Position numbers and translations under genes: made by a program
In this document: positions 17,988 through 26,496 of the stretch, one piece after another
Layout: every line of letters begins with the position of its first letter
Position numbering within the stretch: position 1 is the stretch's first letter
Notes under the pieces: model-generated
Told to the model about the DNA's origin: nothing
Databases searched by the model: none
What the model saw: only the letters and a program-made list of their open reading frames with translations
Sequence record: NC_042013.1
Reading direction: 5' to 3' (one strand)
DNA: 64,000 nt

Positions 17988-18104
17988 TCATTTCTTTTTC
18001 AATGGCCGTATTTTACGAGAAAGCCAGAATGCAATAGAAATGGCGACAGGCGCTAAAAACAGCGGTATTAACACGGTAGCCATCGTATACAATTCTTCTA
18101 ACAT
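17988..18104 (-). CDS. small single-TM protein (38 aa)
   Basis: MLEELYTMATVLIPLFLAPVAISIAFWLSRKIRPLKKK. Confidence 0.45.
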   Translation of the reverse strand: MLEELYTMATVLIPLFLAPVAISIAFWLSRKIRPLKKK

Positions 18105-18106
18105 AA

Positions 18107-18415
18107 TTAGTCCGTTTCTACTGGATTAAACCACGGGCGCGTAATATCACGTTCCGCTTGTACCGTTGTTAGCCCCTTAGCAATAAGAATGCCTTGGATG
18201 AACCCAACCCATCGCGAAAATTTATCCACGGAAAATCCAGTTCCCGTATAAGGAACAATCTTTTTTTCTAATTCTTTACACATCCACAACAGATGATTCA
18301 AACAAGTAGGATCACCATTTTCAATTACGGTATTGTTTACCGGCTTTGCATTTTTAGACTCCAAAAGTTCAACGTATCTTTTTACTGCTTTTAGGGTTCC
18401 TAATTCGATTGACAT
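18107..18415 (-). CDS. hypothetical phage protein
   Basis: KFSRWVGFIQG...ERDITRP. Confidence 0.7.
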   Translation of the reverse strand: MSIELGTLKAVKRYVELLESKNAKPVNNTVIENGDPTCLNHLLWMCKELEKKIVPYTGTGFSVDKFSRWVGFIQGILIAKGLTTVQAERDITRPWFNPVETD

Positions 18416-18507
18416 TGTTTTACCTTTATGATATTTCATTGTAATTAACCAAGTGTTGATTTTATCAAATTACTGGTTATATTTTCAATTTAAAAAAAGG
18501 TAACCGC

Positions 18508-18873
18508 ATGGTACATTTTGTAAACGATAAAGAAAAAGAAACATATGAACGTCTTTCTAATATGACAGAAAGCGACCGACTTGATCATCTTAAAAAGAAC
18601 GACGATGATCTTAAGGTATGGAACTCCTATTACATCCGTAGAAATTGGCCCGATAATGTCAGACCTATGCTATGGGACGACTTTGAGAGAGTTGAGAGTC
18701 TTGGGATTAATGTTGATACCAATGAGGTTGTCGTTATGCCAACAGTTGACAAAAGCGAACGCATTGTTTTTGAGAATAACAAATCACCACTTCTTAGCGG
18801 CTTCATATGGGGTATCGCAGTAGTTGTCGTGGCAGGTGGAACCCTGAGTATTCTTGATTATTTCTTGAATTAA
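18508..18873 (+). CDS. C-terminally membrane-anchored protein
   Basis: Hydrophobic C-term helix. Confidence 0.6.
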   Translation: MVHFVNDKEKETYERLSNMTESDRLDHLKKNDDDLKVWNSYYIRRNWPDNVRPMLWDDFERVESLGINVDTNEVVVMPTVDKSERIVFENNKSPLLSGFIWGIAVVVVAGGTLSILDYFLN

Positions 18874-18884
18874 ATGAGTTTTAC

Positions 18885-19016
18885 ATGGATCAGCATGAAT
18901 TAAACGAGCGAATGAAAGCCCAAGACCGCAGGGCGACACGGGACTTTTTTATAATGATTGGCCTTATCTTACTTCTAATAGGAGTATGGCTTGGTGTTTT
19001 TTATAACATAAGTTAA
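18885..19016 (+). CDS. small single-TM protein (43 aa)
   Basis: MDQHELNERMKAQDRRATRDFFIMIGLILLLIGVWLGVFYNIS. Confidence 0.45.
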   Translation: MDQHELNERMKAQDRRATRDFFIMIGLILLLIGVWLGVFYNIS

Positions 19017-19381
19017 AGTTTGCCGTGTTCAAGATATATTCCCGCGAGGTTTTTATCACGCGGGACATACAATATGTTTGCCTTAACTTTTGAACGAATA
19101 CGATCAGCTTCCGTTTTAAAAAGATTAAATTCATCTTTTTTTATTTTCCAAGTACCCATTGCCTGATTAACAACAAGCTTGCTATCCCCATAGATGGTTA
19201 CGTTGGTATATCCTTTTTCCTCGCAATGTAGAAGCGCGTCTATCAACGCAGACCATTCAGCCACGTTGTTAGTTCCCATTCCGAAGTTTCGTCTGTCGTA
19301 AACCTCTTTGCCGTTTACAACATAACACGTTTCCATCATACCGGGGTTTGGGTTACAACCACCATCAAAATATATAATCAT
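19013..19381 (-). CDS. ribonuclease HI-family protein
   Basis: YFDGG..PNPG, TNNVAEWSAL, GDSKLVVNQ, VPRDKN. Confidence 0.9.
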   Translation of the reverse strand: MIIYFDGGCNPNPGMMETCYVVNGKEVYDRRNFGMGTNNVAEWSALIDALLHCEEKGYTNVTIYGDSKLVVNQAMGTWKIKKDEFNLFKTEADRIRSKVKANILYVPRDKNLAGIYLEHGKL

Positions 19382-19405
19382 AATAGCCTCGTTTGATTAC
19401 AAGGC

Positions 19406-19411
19406 TATTTA
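19406..19411 (-). promoter_or_regulatory. late promoter core TAAATA
   Basis: 25 nt upstream of RNase H start. Confidence 0.45.
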
Positions 19412-19423
19412 GTTGTTTATTTT

Positions 19424-19852
19424 TTACTTGTAGTCATTCGTGGTTGTAGGAATATTTGCTCTAACTTCCTTCAACGGGCCGATGATATAAAATCTTTCTG
19501 AAGGATAGGCTGCTGCAACTTGCCGTGCGACCTCAATCGCTTCTTCCTCTGTAGAATATCCTCGAGATTTCAAAAATACCCCATCACGCTTTCGAACGAT
19601 CTCAAACCAATTATTTTCGTTCGCGGACATCGTTAGAGACTTGGTAAGAAATTCAAACCCGTCGACATTCTCAACTGGTTCAGGTACAGACTCCCTGATA
19701 TTAAGGCGCGCAATAATAGAGTCGAGTTTGTTGTGTAGTTTCACACTGTCATTAAACAGATATTCATTTCTAGCTTTGATAGATGAAATATTACCAGTTA
19801 GGATTTCCATCGTACGTGTCATACGATTCATAAAATCTTTAAGACCAAACAT
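19424..19852 (-). CDS. hypothetical protein
   Basis: 142-aa ORF with SD. Confidence 0.65.
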   Translation of the reverse strand: MFGLKDFMNRMTRTMEILTGNISSIKARNEYLFNDSVKLHNKLDSIIARLNIRESVPEPVENVDGFEFLTKSLTMSANENNWFEIVRKRDGVFLKSRGYSTEEEAIEVARQVAAAYPSERFYIIGPLKEVRANIPTTTNDYK

Positions 19853-19865
19853 TTATTAATCCTTT

Positions 19866-20051
19866 TTAAAATTTGACGGTAGGATACTTTGCCTCAATAT
19901 CGGCAATCTGTTTCTTTGCAAACATAAGGGTGTTTACACTACCAACTTTTTCGGCAAGGTCAACCATTCGTTTCCAACGATAGTACGAATCGACGTCGTA
20001 TGCCCACGTACGGTTGTCTGACTGATTTTTATATTCACGCACGTCGAACAT
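19866..20051 (-). CDS. hypothetical protein
   Basis: SD GGAGG. Confidence 0.65.
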   Translation of the reverse strand: MFDVREYKNQSDNRTWAYDVDSYYRWKRMVDLAEKVGSVNTLMFAKKQIADIEAKYPTVKF

Positions 20052-20247
20052 GTTGCACCTCCGTTAATTATAAAACTAGAATGATTTGAAGATGTATTCA
20101 AAAATGGCAATCAAACCACAATACGTAACCAGATTCCCAAATTCAGATGGTACGTGCGGGAAGATAATTGCAATTCTGTCGTCCATTTGAATAACTCCTT
20201 TTTGTTTCATATTCAATAGTTATACATCGAACTATAAAAATGTCAAC

Positions 20248-20275
20248 AAAAAAACCAGCCTTTCGGCTGGTTTTT
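20248..20275 (-). terminator. intrinsic terminator closing the tRNA/ncRNA operon
   Basis: CCAGCC-GAAA-GGCTGG plus U tract on minus strand. Confidence 0.85.
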
Positions 20276-20338
20276 CAAAGCAAGGAGTGCTAATCGGGTT
20301 TTTTCTATTCCAAAGATAACCAAAAAGCTTCGGCTTTG
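20276..20338 (-). ncRNA. 63-nt repeated small-RNA element, copy 1
   Basis: CAAAGCCGAAGCTTTTTGGTTATCTT-variable-ATTAGCACTCCTTGCTTTG; second copy at 40642..40705. Confidence 0.65.
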
Positions 20339-20341
20339 TAG

Positions 20342-20426
20342 CGTTACAGATGGCATTCGAAGCCAAACCATCCCCACCATCAAAGTGCTATCGTATGCCG
20401 GTCTTCTACGATAGTGGTCTGTAACG
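20342..20426 (-). ncRNA. tRNA-like structured RNA abutting tRNA-Cys
   Basis: 9-bp closing stem CGTTACAGA/TCTGTAACG, T arm TGGC-TTCGAAT-GCCA, 8-bp internal hairpin. Confidence 0.7.
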
Positions 20427-20502
20427 TGGAGGCGCGGGTCAGGGTCGAACTGACATAAATCTCCTTTGCAGGGAGCTACCTAACCATTCGGTGCACCGCG
20501 CC
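20427..20502 (-). tRNA. tRNA-Cys (GCA)
   Basis: GGCGCGG/CCGCGCC acceptor, loop CT-GCA-AA, U73, encoded CCA. Confidence 0.95.
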
Positions 20503-20511
20503 AATGAAGGT

Positions 20512-20553
20512 AATGTACTATATAACGACATTACCTGTCAACTACTATTTATA
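20512..20553 (-). promoter_or_regulatory. tandem late (TATAAATA) and sigma70 (TTGACA-18-TACATT) promoters
   Basis: TATAAATA 20546-20553; TTGACA 20536-20541; TACATT 20512-20517. Confidence 0.65.
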
Positions 20554-20857
20554 AAAATTTTACAAGAGAACCAGATGGTGGATTAGGCTCGACGTCATTT
20601 CCTGCCATATTAATGCAGTTGACCATATGGGCAATGCAAGAAAGAATAGCAATGTGGCGCTTATAAGCCTCGCTGGCGGTGTTTCTATTAAAGGTACGTG
20701 GTAGCTTCTTCAGTGACTGCAATCGATCAAGAGTAGCCTCTACGTCAAGCATACGGCGTTTTTTAGAACGCTTACGGCTTTCTTGTTCTTCTTGTGCTCG
20801 AAATTCCAGAGTACGGCGTCTTGCTTCGAGTAGTGCTTGGATATTTTCTACTTCCAT
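20549..20857 (-). CDS. hypothetical basic protein
   Basis: Start set at MEVENIQ; SD AGGA. Confidence 0.55.
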   Translation of the reverse strand: MEVENIQALLEARRRTLEFRAQEEQESRKRSKKRRMLDVEATLDRLQSLKKLPRTFNRNTASEAYKRHIAILSCIAHMVNCINMAGNDVEPNPPSGSLVKFL

Positions 20858-20873
20858 TATTATCTTCCTTGTT

Positions 20874-21218
20874 TCAAATGTTGATGTATTTTGCCAAATC
20901 AGAACTGATCTTTTCAATATTTTCTTTTGTTTTTTCTTTATTTTTTATGTAATCGTTTTGGCGTGTTGTGTACATGGCGTCTGATTTCTTTGCAAAATCA
21001 CGATGTGACGATTGACATACCGACCACGCAACATTCGCCTCACGCGCATTCTGTAACGCGTACTTCTCGATTAGCTTTGCCATTTCGGTTGCAAAGAAAA
21101 ATGCACGCAAACCACCGGGATAATCATCCGGCATTCGTTTTTCTAGATCGGTCATCTTATCTAATTCACTTGGATGAATGGACCACATCCTATAAGCCAA
21201 GTCGTCTACGTCCTTCAT
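20874..21218 (-). CDS. hypothetical protein
   Basis: Operon packing. Confidence 0.55.
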   Translation of the reverse strand: MKDVDDLAYRMWSIHPSELDKMTDLEKRMPDDYPGGLRAFFFATEMAKLIEKYALQNAREANVAWSVCQSSHRDFAKKSDAMYTTRQNDYIKNKEKTKENIEKISSDLAKYINI

Positions 21219-21516
21219 TTTCAATATACTCCAATGTTTCAAGTAGCGTTGTTACAGGAATTTCAGATGTAAGTTCGGATTTATACTCAACTGTATCTCT
21301 TACCTCTACATCACCAGCAAAGCGACGATCAATATAAATCGTACTACCCTCGTATAATAAATGTTCAGGACAGGAAATCCATTTTTTAGTCAAATGGTGA
21401 ATAGCTAAAATTATCAATTCGTCTACGGTGAGGTTTATATCATATACTGAAACGGTATCACCACCCTCGTAAATATGGCGAAGCATCAGGTCGTATTCTG
21501 GAGTGTATTTGTTCAT
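21190..21516 (-). CDS. hypothetical protein
   Basis: 108-aa ORF. Confidence 0.55.
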   Translation of the reverse strand: MNKYTPEYDLMLRHIYEGGDTVSVYDINLTVDELIILAIHHLTKKWISCPEHLLYEGSTIYIDRRFAGDVEVRDTVEYKSELTSEIPVTTLLETLEYIENEGRRRLGL

Positions 21517-21520
21517 TGAA

Positions 21521-21561
21521 AAAGCCTTGATTTACGTTTTACCGTAACATATCAAGGCTTT
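21521..21561 (-). terminator. long hairpin / terminator
   Basis: 11-bp IR AAAGCCTTGAT/ATCAAGGCTTT with an inner TTACG/CGTAA stem, followed by U tract. Confidence 0.6.
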
Positions 21562-21566
21562 AAAAA

Positions 21567-22331
21567 TCAATTTACTTTTTCAAGGATCAACTGAATATGA
21601 GTGTTATCCTGAAGATCAATGTTGAAATCTTCTCTCACCTTTTTCCTGACGTACGGCAGAGTGTAATGATGAAACAATACTGGTTCAAAATTACGTGGAA
21701 TCATTCGAAGCATCGCCTCGAGATTGATCGGAAGATAATTTTCATTAACTTCTCGGTCCCAATTATCGGTATATCGATATTTCAAAAGAAAATGAATAAG
21801 AGGCCAGTTTTGATCAATTTTACCGTGGAGGTGTTCAAATTCACGTAGCTTTGTTTCCTCAAATATTTTACGAACTTTGAGTACATTGTTAGTGTCACTT
21901 TGACGAACCGATGTTTCCGAAAGCATCATGTCTCGTATACAAATATAATCAAAGTTATCAAACACATTACTCCAAAATGTTTTGATATCATTCGGAGAAC
22001 CATACGAATAAACTTCGTGGATCAAGCTGTTACAAACAACCGCCTTTTTACCGGTAAGTGTATCCAGATATTTTTTCAATTCTTTGAAATCGGTGAAGAT
22101 TTTTGCATACGGTGCCTTTTGACGGGCAAGGTTTGCCTGTTCTTCAGAAATATCAAAGCCGATATAGGTCCATTCTGGAAACAGATGATATAGGAATGCG
22201 ATAGTTGTCCCATCAGCACATCCATAATCAACGATAATAGACGCGTCAATTTTGTCGGCAAAGAAAATCTTATCGATCATCGACTTTGCCATTTCCGAAT
22301 TGTAAAGCTGAATGTTGTTAAAATCGATCAT
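21567..22331 (-). CDS. class I SAM-dependent methyltransferase
   Basis: IVDYGCADG motif I, GFDIS motif II. Confidence 0.8.
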   Translation of the reverse strand: MIDFNNIQLYNSEMAKSMIDKIFFADKIDASIIVDYGCADGTTIAFLYHLFPEWTYIGFDISEEQANLARQKAPYAKIFTDFKELKKYLDTLTGKKAVVCNSLIHEVYSYGSPNDIKTFWSNVFDNFDYICIRDMMLSETSVRQSDTNNVLKVRKIFEETKLREFEHLHGKIDQNWPLIHFLLKYRYTDNWDREVNENYLPINLEAMLRMIPRNFEPVLFHHYTLPYVRKKVREDFNIDLQDNTHIQLILEKVN

Positions 22332-22376
22332 TGCTCGTCCCCATTGAAATTAAATGGATCATAGCATTTAATCGTA

Positions 22377-22658
22377 TTATGTCAACTGAAATTTCAAAAT
22401 ATTAATCATCCCCTTATAATCGATGGTTATATGATTATATAAGTGATGTTTAAAACTTCCGCTAAATCGGATTTCCTTTTTGTATATTTCAATAATCAAA
22501 TATTTTATGTAATTATCCTCGGGAATGACAAATGGAAACAAGTCAGTAAAACTACCCGTATATTCTTCAAAAACAACACCAGACTTATTCATATATTGAA
22601 TAGTATAGTTATCATCTCTATAATCATTACCGGCTTTTAATACTATTCTGGCGTGCAT
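22377..22658 (-). CDS. hypothetical protein
   Basis: SD GAGGA. Confidence 0.6.
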   Translation of the reverse strand: MHARIVLKAGNDYRDDNYTIQYMNKSGVVFEEYTGSFTDLFPFVIPEDNYIKYLIIEIYKKEIRFSGSFKHHLYNHITIDYKGMINILKFQLT

Positions 22659-23188
22659 CTATATTCCTCAAAATCATCAAATTCTAAAAAATCTTTTAAA
22701 ATAATGTTTGTATCAATAACTCTCTTAACGAAACCTGCAAGAATTAATGTAAGGGAGTCAGCTTCATTGACAAGCATTGCACCGGGGAGCATTGGAATAT
22801 CATTGTCTTTACAATATTGTTCTAATCCATCCTCAGTTTCGCGCTTTGGATAGATATAATATCGTTTTGTTTTTAATTCTTTAAAAAAGACATCAGCAAC
22901 AACATTATTTTTCATCATTCTTACGTTCGCCATTGGATCAATTTTATTGATTACCATTTGGCGAAGTGTTGTCGTCGTTATCAATGGTGTATTTTGGATA
23001 GATACCCTGTCACCGAAATACACCCTAATGTCTTTGCATTCTTTTAAAAAATATAATCCGGTATACACTATTTTAGAACGTATCTCTTTTAGAGTATGAT
23101 TACTAATAAAAACGCGGGTTGCCGCCTTTTTAATGGCTGTTGAATCATACATATAGTTCTGCTTAGCAACTGGATCATATAAAAACAT
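22643..23188 (-). CDS. hypothetical protein
   Basis: 181-aa ORF; SD GGGAG. Confidence 0.65.
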   Translation of the reverse strand: MFLYDPVAKQNYMYDSTAIKKAATRVFISNHTLKEIRSKIVYTGLYFLKECKDIRVYFGDRVSIQNTPLITTTTLRQMVINKIDPMANVRMMKNNVVADVFFKELKTKRYYIYPKRETEDGLEQYCKDNDIPMLPGAMLVNEADSLTLILAGFVKRVIDTNIILKDFLEFDDFEEYRCTPE

Positions 23189-23694
23189 TACAATCTCCCG
23201 AGACTTTTAGCATAACTCTCTACTGTTGCTACAATATCAATGTTGAAATACTTATGCGAACTTATCATCATCGCAAACTGTAATGCAGTAGATTCGTCCT
23301 CGAGGAGAATTATACCCTCGGGTGCCACTGTATATGGCGGTAATGAATCAAAAAATTCACCAACCCTATATGCCAATGTATGGCTTGTAAGAACAATTGC
23401 GGCGCAATCTGGATTGCGGTTAAGGTAGTTGTCAAATTTTTCAGAAATCATAGATGCCTCGGTACGTCTGGTCATACCGTTTTTAAAAATCCATCTATTC
23501 ATTGCGGCGTCTGTTATAGGATGGCGCTTGTCTTTAGAATCATATATATAAGCTGTTTCTACTTCAGTTATATAAGTAACCTCACGATCAAGGTGATTTT
23601 TGAAAATATCCCACATTGGAAATGTGAGCTTTTCAGTTCCCCACTTTCCATCATAATAATATTTTCCATCTTGCCGTTTGATATAGAAATTCAT
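23188..23694 (-). CDS. hypothetical protein
   Basis: TAATG overlap; EDESTALQFAM motif. Confidence 0.65.
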   Translation of the reverse strand: MNFYIKRQDGKYYYDGKWGTEKLTFPMWDIFKNHLDREVTYITEVETAYIYDSKDKRHPITDAAMNRWIFKNGMTRRTEASMISEKFDNYLNRNPDCAAIVLTSHTLAYRVGEFFDSLPPYTVAPEGIILLEDESTALQFAMMISSHKYFNIDIVATVESYAKSLGRL

Positions 23695-24026
23695 CTATAT
23701 GCCTCTCTAATTTTTTCAAAAACAGAATTATAGTCGTCTGTATAATTATACAACTCATTAGAAACAGTCAAATCACGATTATGAAATTCTTGAACGTACG
23801 CATCAAAATATTTTGGATTATAATATGCATACGTTTCGCCATCGATGTCCAATGATGCATTAAACAGAGTGTCAGTTTTACCATTGTACACGATATAAGC
23901 GCCCACAGAATCATCAACAAATTCAGCATCGTAATATCTGGCATCTGGCCAACAACTCCATAAAAACTCGGTTGAACGGCTTAGTTTGTAATCAATTGCT
24001 CGCAAAAAATCATTTAGTTTTGACAT
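23691..24026 (-). CDS. hypothetical phage protein
   Basis: MSKLNDFLRAIDYK..STEFLWSCW. Confidence 0.65.
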   Translation of the reverse strand: MSKLNDFLRAIDYKLSRSTEFLWSCWPDARYYDAEFVDDSVGAYIVYNGKTDTLFNASLDIDGETYAYYNPKYFDAYVQEFHNRDLTVSNELYNYTDDYNSVFEKIREAYR

Positions 24027-24273
24027 TCTTATCACCAGACATAAATTTAAGAATAAATGCTGCTTCCATATCCTCATTCATAATGAGAGTGTTTGATGGC
24101 ATAGGATCACGCCAGTCGTCCTCAAATATATCTTCTGCAATTTGTTTCCATCCAGCAGAATTCTCATCTAACCAATCCGAGACCTCTTTTGGAAGTCTCG
24201 GTTTGTATGTGTTAAACATGAAACCACCCGCATTATAATATGTATAAAACGGGGCTTTCCACAAATCAATCAA
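24010..24273 (-). CDS. hypothetical protein
   Basis: EVSDWLDEN...AAFILKF. Confidence 0.6.
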   Translation of the reverse strand: MIDLWKAPFYTYYNAGGFMFNTYKPRLPKEVSDWLDENSAGWKQIAEDIFEDDWRDPMPSNTLIMNEDMEAAFILKFMSGDKNVKTK

Positions 24274-24749
24274 AATCTAAACTCCACACCGGTTGTAAAG
24301 ATATGATCGTCACCACCCTTTGAGATACCATCCTGATAACGATAACGAATATCAAAATCTACCGTTGGTGTATAATGAATCTTAGTTCCAACGCCGATAG
24401 CGTAAATGGAACGATCTACGTCACCCCATTCATAACCAACACCTGCGTGAACGTATGGCTTAAATACACCGAGTTCGTTGCCGACAAGAACGCTACCAAG
24501 AACGCGGTCTGACTGCTTTTCGTCAATGATACGTTCATATCGTCCGTCAAGAGTAATATTCGGCGTTACGTCATAACCAACTGCCGCACCGAGTGAAACA
24601 TCGCCGTCAGCACTAATGTTCGCATTACCACCGATATACCACATAGTTTCAGGTGCTGGTACAACCATTTCAACTGGTTCCAGAGTTAAATCTGCTGCAA
24701 ATGCAGAGATAGGAAGGAAGAAGATGCTGGATAGAAGAATAGCTTTCAT
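24270..24749 (-). CDS. outer-membrane 8-stranded beta-barrel (Omp25/RopB-like)
   Basis: Signal peptide then AADL..P..WYIG, alternating beta strands, PYVHAGVGY, terminal Phe. Confidence 0.85.
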   Translation of the reverse strand: MKAILLSSIFFLPISAFAADLTLEPVEMVVPAPETMWYIGGNANISADGDVSLGAAVGYDVTPNITLDGRYERIIDEKQSDRVLGSVLVGNELGVFKPYVHAGVGYEWGDVDRSIYAIGVGTKIHYTPTVDFDIRYRYQDGISKGGDDHIFTTGVEFRF

Positions 24750-24760
24750 TTGTTGTTTCC

Positions 24761-25120
24761 TTATATTGTAAATTCAGATGGTGGTTCCCCATAATGGTCC
24801 TCGACCATTTTGCGGATGTTATCGTATGTTTTCATTACTTCAAAGCAAGAGTTACATTCAATTTCGATAATTGGTTTTGACGGAAAATGTAAACATATAC
24901 GCCACGGAGTCCAATAACTCCATCCTCTACGCGGTTTAACCAATGGCATCCCAACCAGTTTTCTAAAGAAATTTTTCACGGGAAATTTGTCAATTTTACT
25001 CCCATGAAATTTTCTTCCGCCATCTTTAATTTCAACAACCGTTATCCCTTCAATGTTGATCAACGGAATGAATGTATCACTTGAAGAAATTTTAAGAATA
25101 CGAAACGGGTTATTTGTCAT
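24761..25120 (-). CDS. hypothetical protein (paralogue of 25110..25442)
   Basis: FP..NFFRKL..M...KP.R...YW shared. Confidence 0.7.
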   Translation of the reverse strand: MTNNPFRILKISSSDTFIPLINIEGITVVEIKDGGRKFHGSKIDKFPVKNFFRKLVGMPLVKPRRGWSYWTPWRICLHFPSKPIIEIECNSCFEVMKTYDNIRKMVEDHYGEPPSEFTI

Positions 25121-25442
25121 TTAGCGCATTCCTAATAGTATCATATGCCTCTTTTGCTTCAGCATAAGTATTAAATGAATGGTTATGATTTGTTTCATCA
25201 TTATAATGAATGATTAATAGTGGGTTAATCCAATAGTTACTATTTCTTACTGGCTTTTTAGTTTTCATAAAAAGAAGTTTACGAAAAAAGTTTGACAGCG
25301 GAAATGTCTTAATACGTGGAGTATCGTATACTCTGCGTCCAGAAACAATAGAAATGTTATTAATATTTTCTGGAAATACTTTAAACGCCTGCGTAAATTT
25401 TCCTATTCGTTGATCAATAACGATGAATTTCTTATTTTCCAT
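25110..25442 (-). CDS. hypothetical protein
   Basis: NFFRKL motif; start MENKK. Confidence 0.7.
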   Translation of the reverse strand: MENKKFIVIDQRIGKFTQAFKVFPENINNISIVSGRRVYDTPRIKTFPLSNFFRKLLFMKTKKPVRNSNYWINPLLIIHYNDETNHNHSFNTYAEAKEAYDTIRNALNDK

Positions 25443-25598
25443 TTTTTCCCTCTCGGTATACAAACAATTACTAGACACAAAAAATATGAAAACAGTATAG
25501 CAAATTCGATAGTTAGGGTCAATACGAAACAACCGCAAAAAATCTTAAACCATAAGAAAACAATTTTCCAAACGTCATCTGCATCCGTTTGTTTTTTA

Positions 25599-26027
25599 CT
25601 AGGCATTATTTTTGCCTGTTAATTCCCTGATAACAATGAGTTCTTTGCGAAGGTCAACAATCTGCATCTTAGTGTCATTACAATCAACACCAAGGAAACA
25701 TTGACGATTGCCAAGTCTTTCAAGATGGTCCAAGCGTTCCAATATATCTTGTTCCAGTTCATTCGATCTATCATTAGTGATAATATTAAAATCGAACTCT
25801 GGTGCCTCCCCCTCATTGCTATGAAATTCTTCAAATCTCTGAGTTACGTAGTCTTTTGCAGTTATAATACTTTTTACAAATCTCATTTTTCCATGAAATT
25901 TTTCATAGTACAACGGCTTGATCTCGTTTAGAAAAATAGGATATACCCCATTCAAATAAAGGATAACTGCAAAATTTTTACGCCGTTTTCGTTTACGAAA
26001 AATACGCAACCCACGAGTTGTGATCAT
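25599..26027 (-). CDS. hypothetical protein
   Basis: 142-aa ORF. Confidence 0.6.
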   Translation of the reverse strand: MITTRGLRIFRKRKRRKNFAVILYLNGVYPIFLNEIKPLYYEKFHGKMRFVKSIITAKDYVTQRFEEFHSNEGEAPEFDFNIITNDRSNELEQDILERLDHLERLGNRQCFLGVDCNDTKMQIVDLRKELIVIRELTGKNNA

Positions 26028-26218
26028 TTATCAATGTCCTGTAGCGTTACCCCATAGGGGCCGGTTGTTACCAAATGCTTGATGATGTCGATAGTATCAT
26101 CAACAACTTTTACATCATTCAGCAAACCATTATCCTCCATACGATTTTTTAATTTGTTTAAACGTTCAATGGTGTCAAGGATTGTTTCTTCCTCGCCAAT
26201 GGTGGTTTTGTTATGCAT
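26024..26218 (-). CDS. hypothetical protein
   Basis: ATGA overlap. Confidence 0.55.
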   Translation of the reverse strand: MHNKTTIGEEETILDTIERLNKLKNRMEDNGLLNDVKVVDDTIDIIKHLVTTGPYGVTLQDIDK

Positions 26219-26496
26219 TCTTTTTTCTCTTCTATTACATCATTGTTAATCAGCAGGTTATATAACCACGCCGAATAATATTTACCAAACATAAGATTAA
26301 TTTCAATGTTTTCAATATGTTGGCGGCGATATCTTGCTACCCTCCCATAGTTTTCATTGTAATGATGTTCACCGAAATGTTCATCTATCCCGGTTGATAC
26401 GCTATCACCCAATTTGTCAATGACATACCGAATGGTGGCGTCCTTGAAAGGAAACCACCAAGTAGAATTATAAATTTTTTGATATGGTGTCAGCAT
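26158..26496 (-). CDS. hypothetical protein
   Basis: 112-aa ORF. Confidence 0.5.
   Translation of the reverse strand: MLTPYQKIYNSTWWFPFKDATIRYVIDKLGDSVSTGIDEHFGEHHYNENYGRVARYRRQHIENIEINLMFGKYYSAWLYNLLINNDVIEEKKECITKPPLARKKQSLTPLNV

Noticed and set aside
20285-20293. CIRCE half-site GAGTGCTAA
   Set aside because: Only one arm, no TTAGCACTC-N9 partner, and not conserved in copy 2
20314-20324. 11-nt match UUUGGUUAUCU to metazoan miR-9
   Set aside because: Short chance match with no biological context
20342-20426. Assignment as Y RNA (YrlA) or tmRNA fragment
   Set aside because: No recognisable Ro60-binding helix, no tag ORF, no G3-U70 alanine identity, and no Ro60 gene in the window
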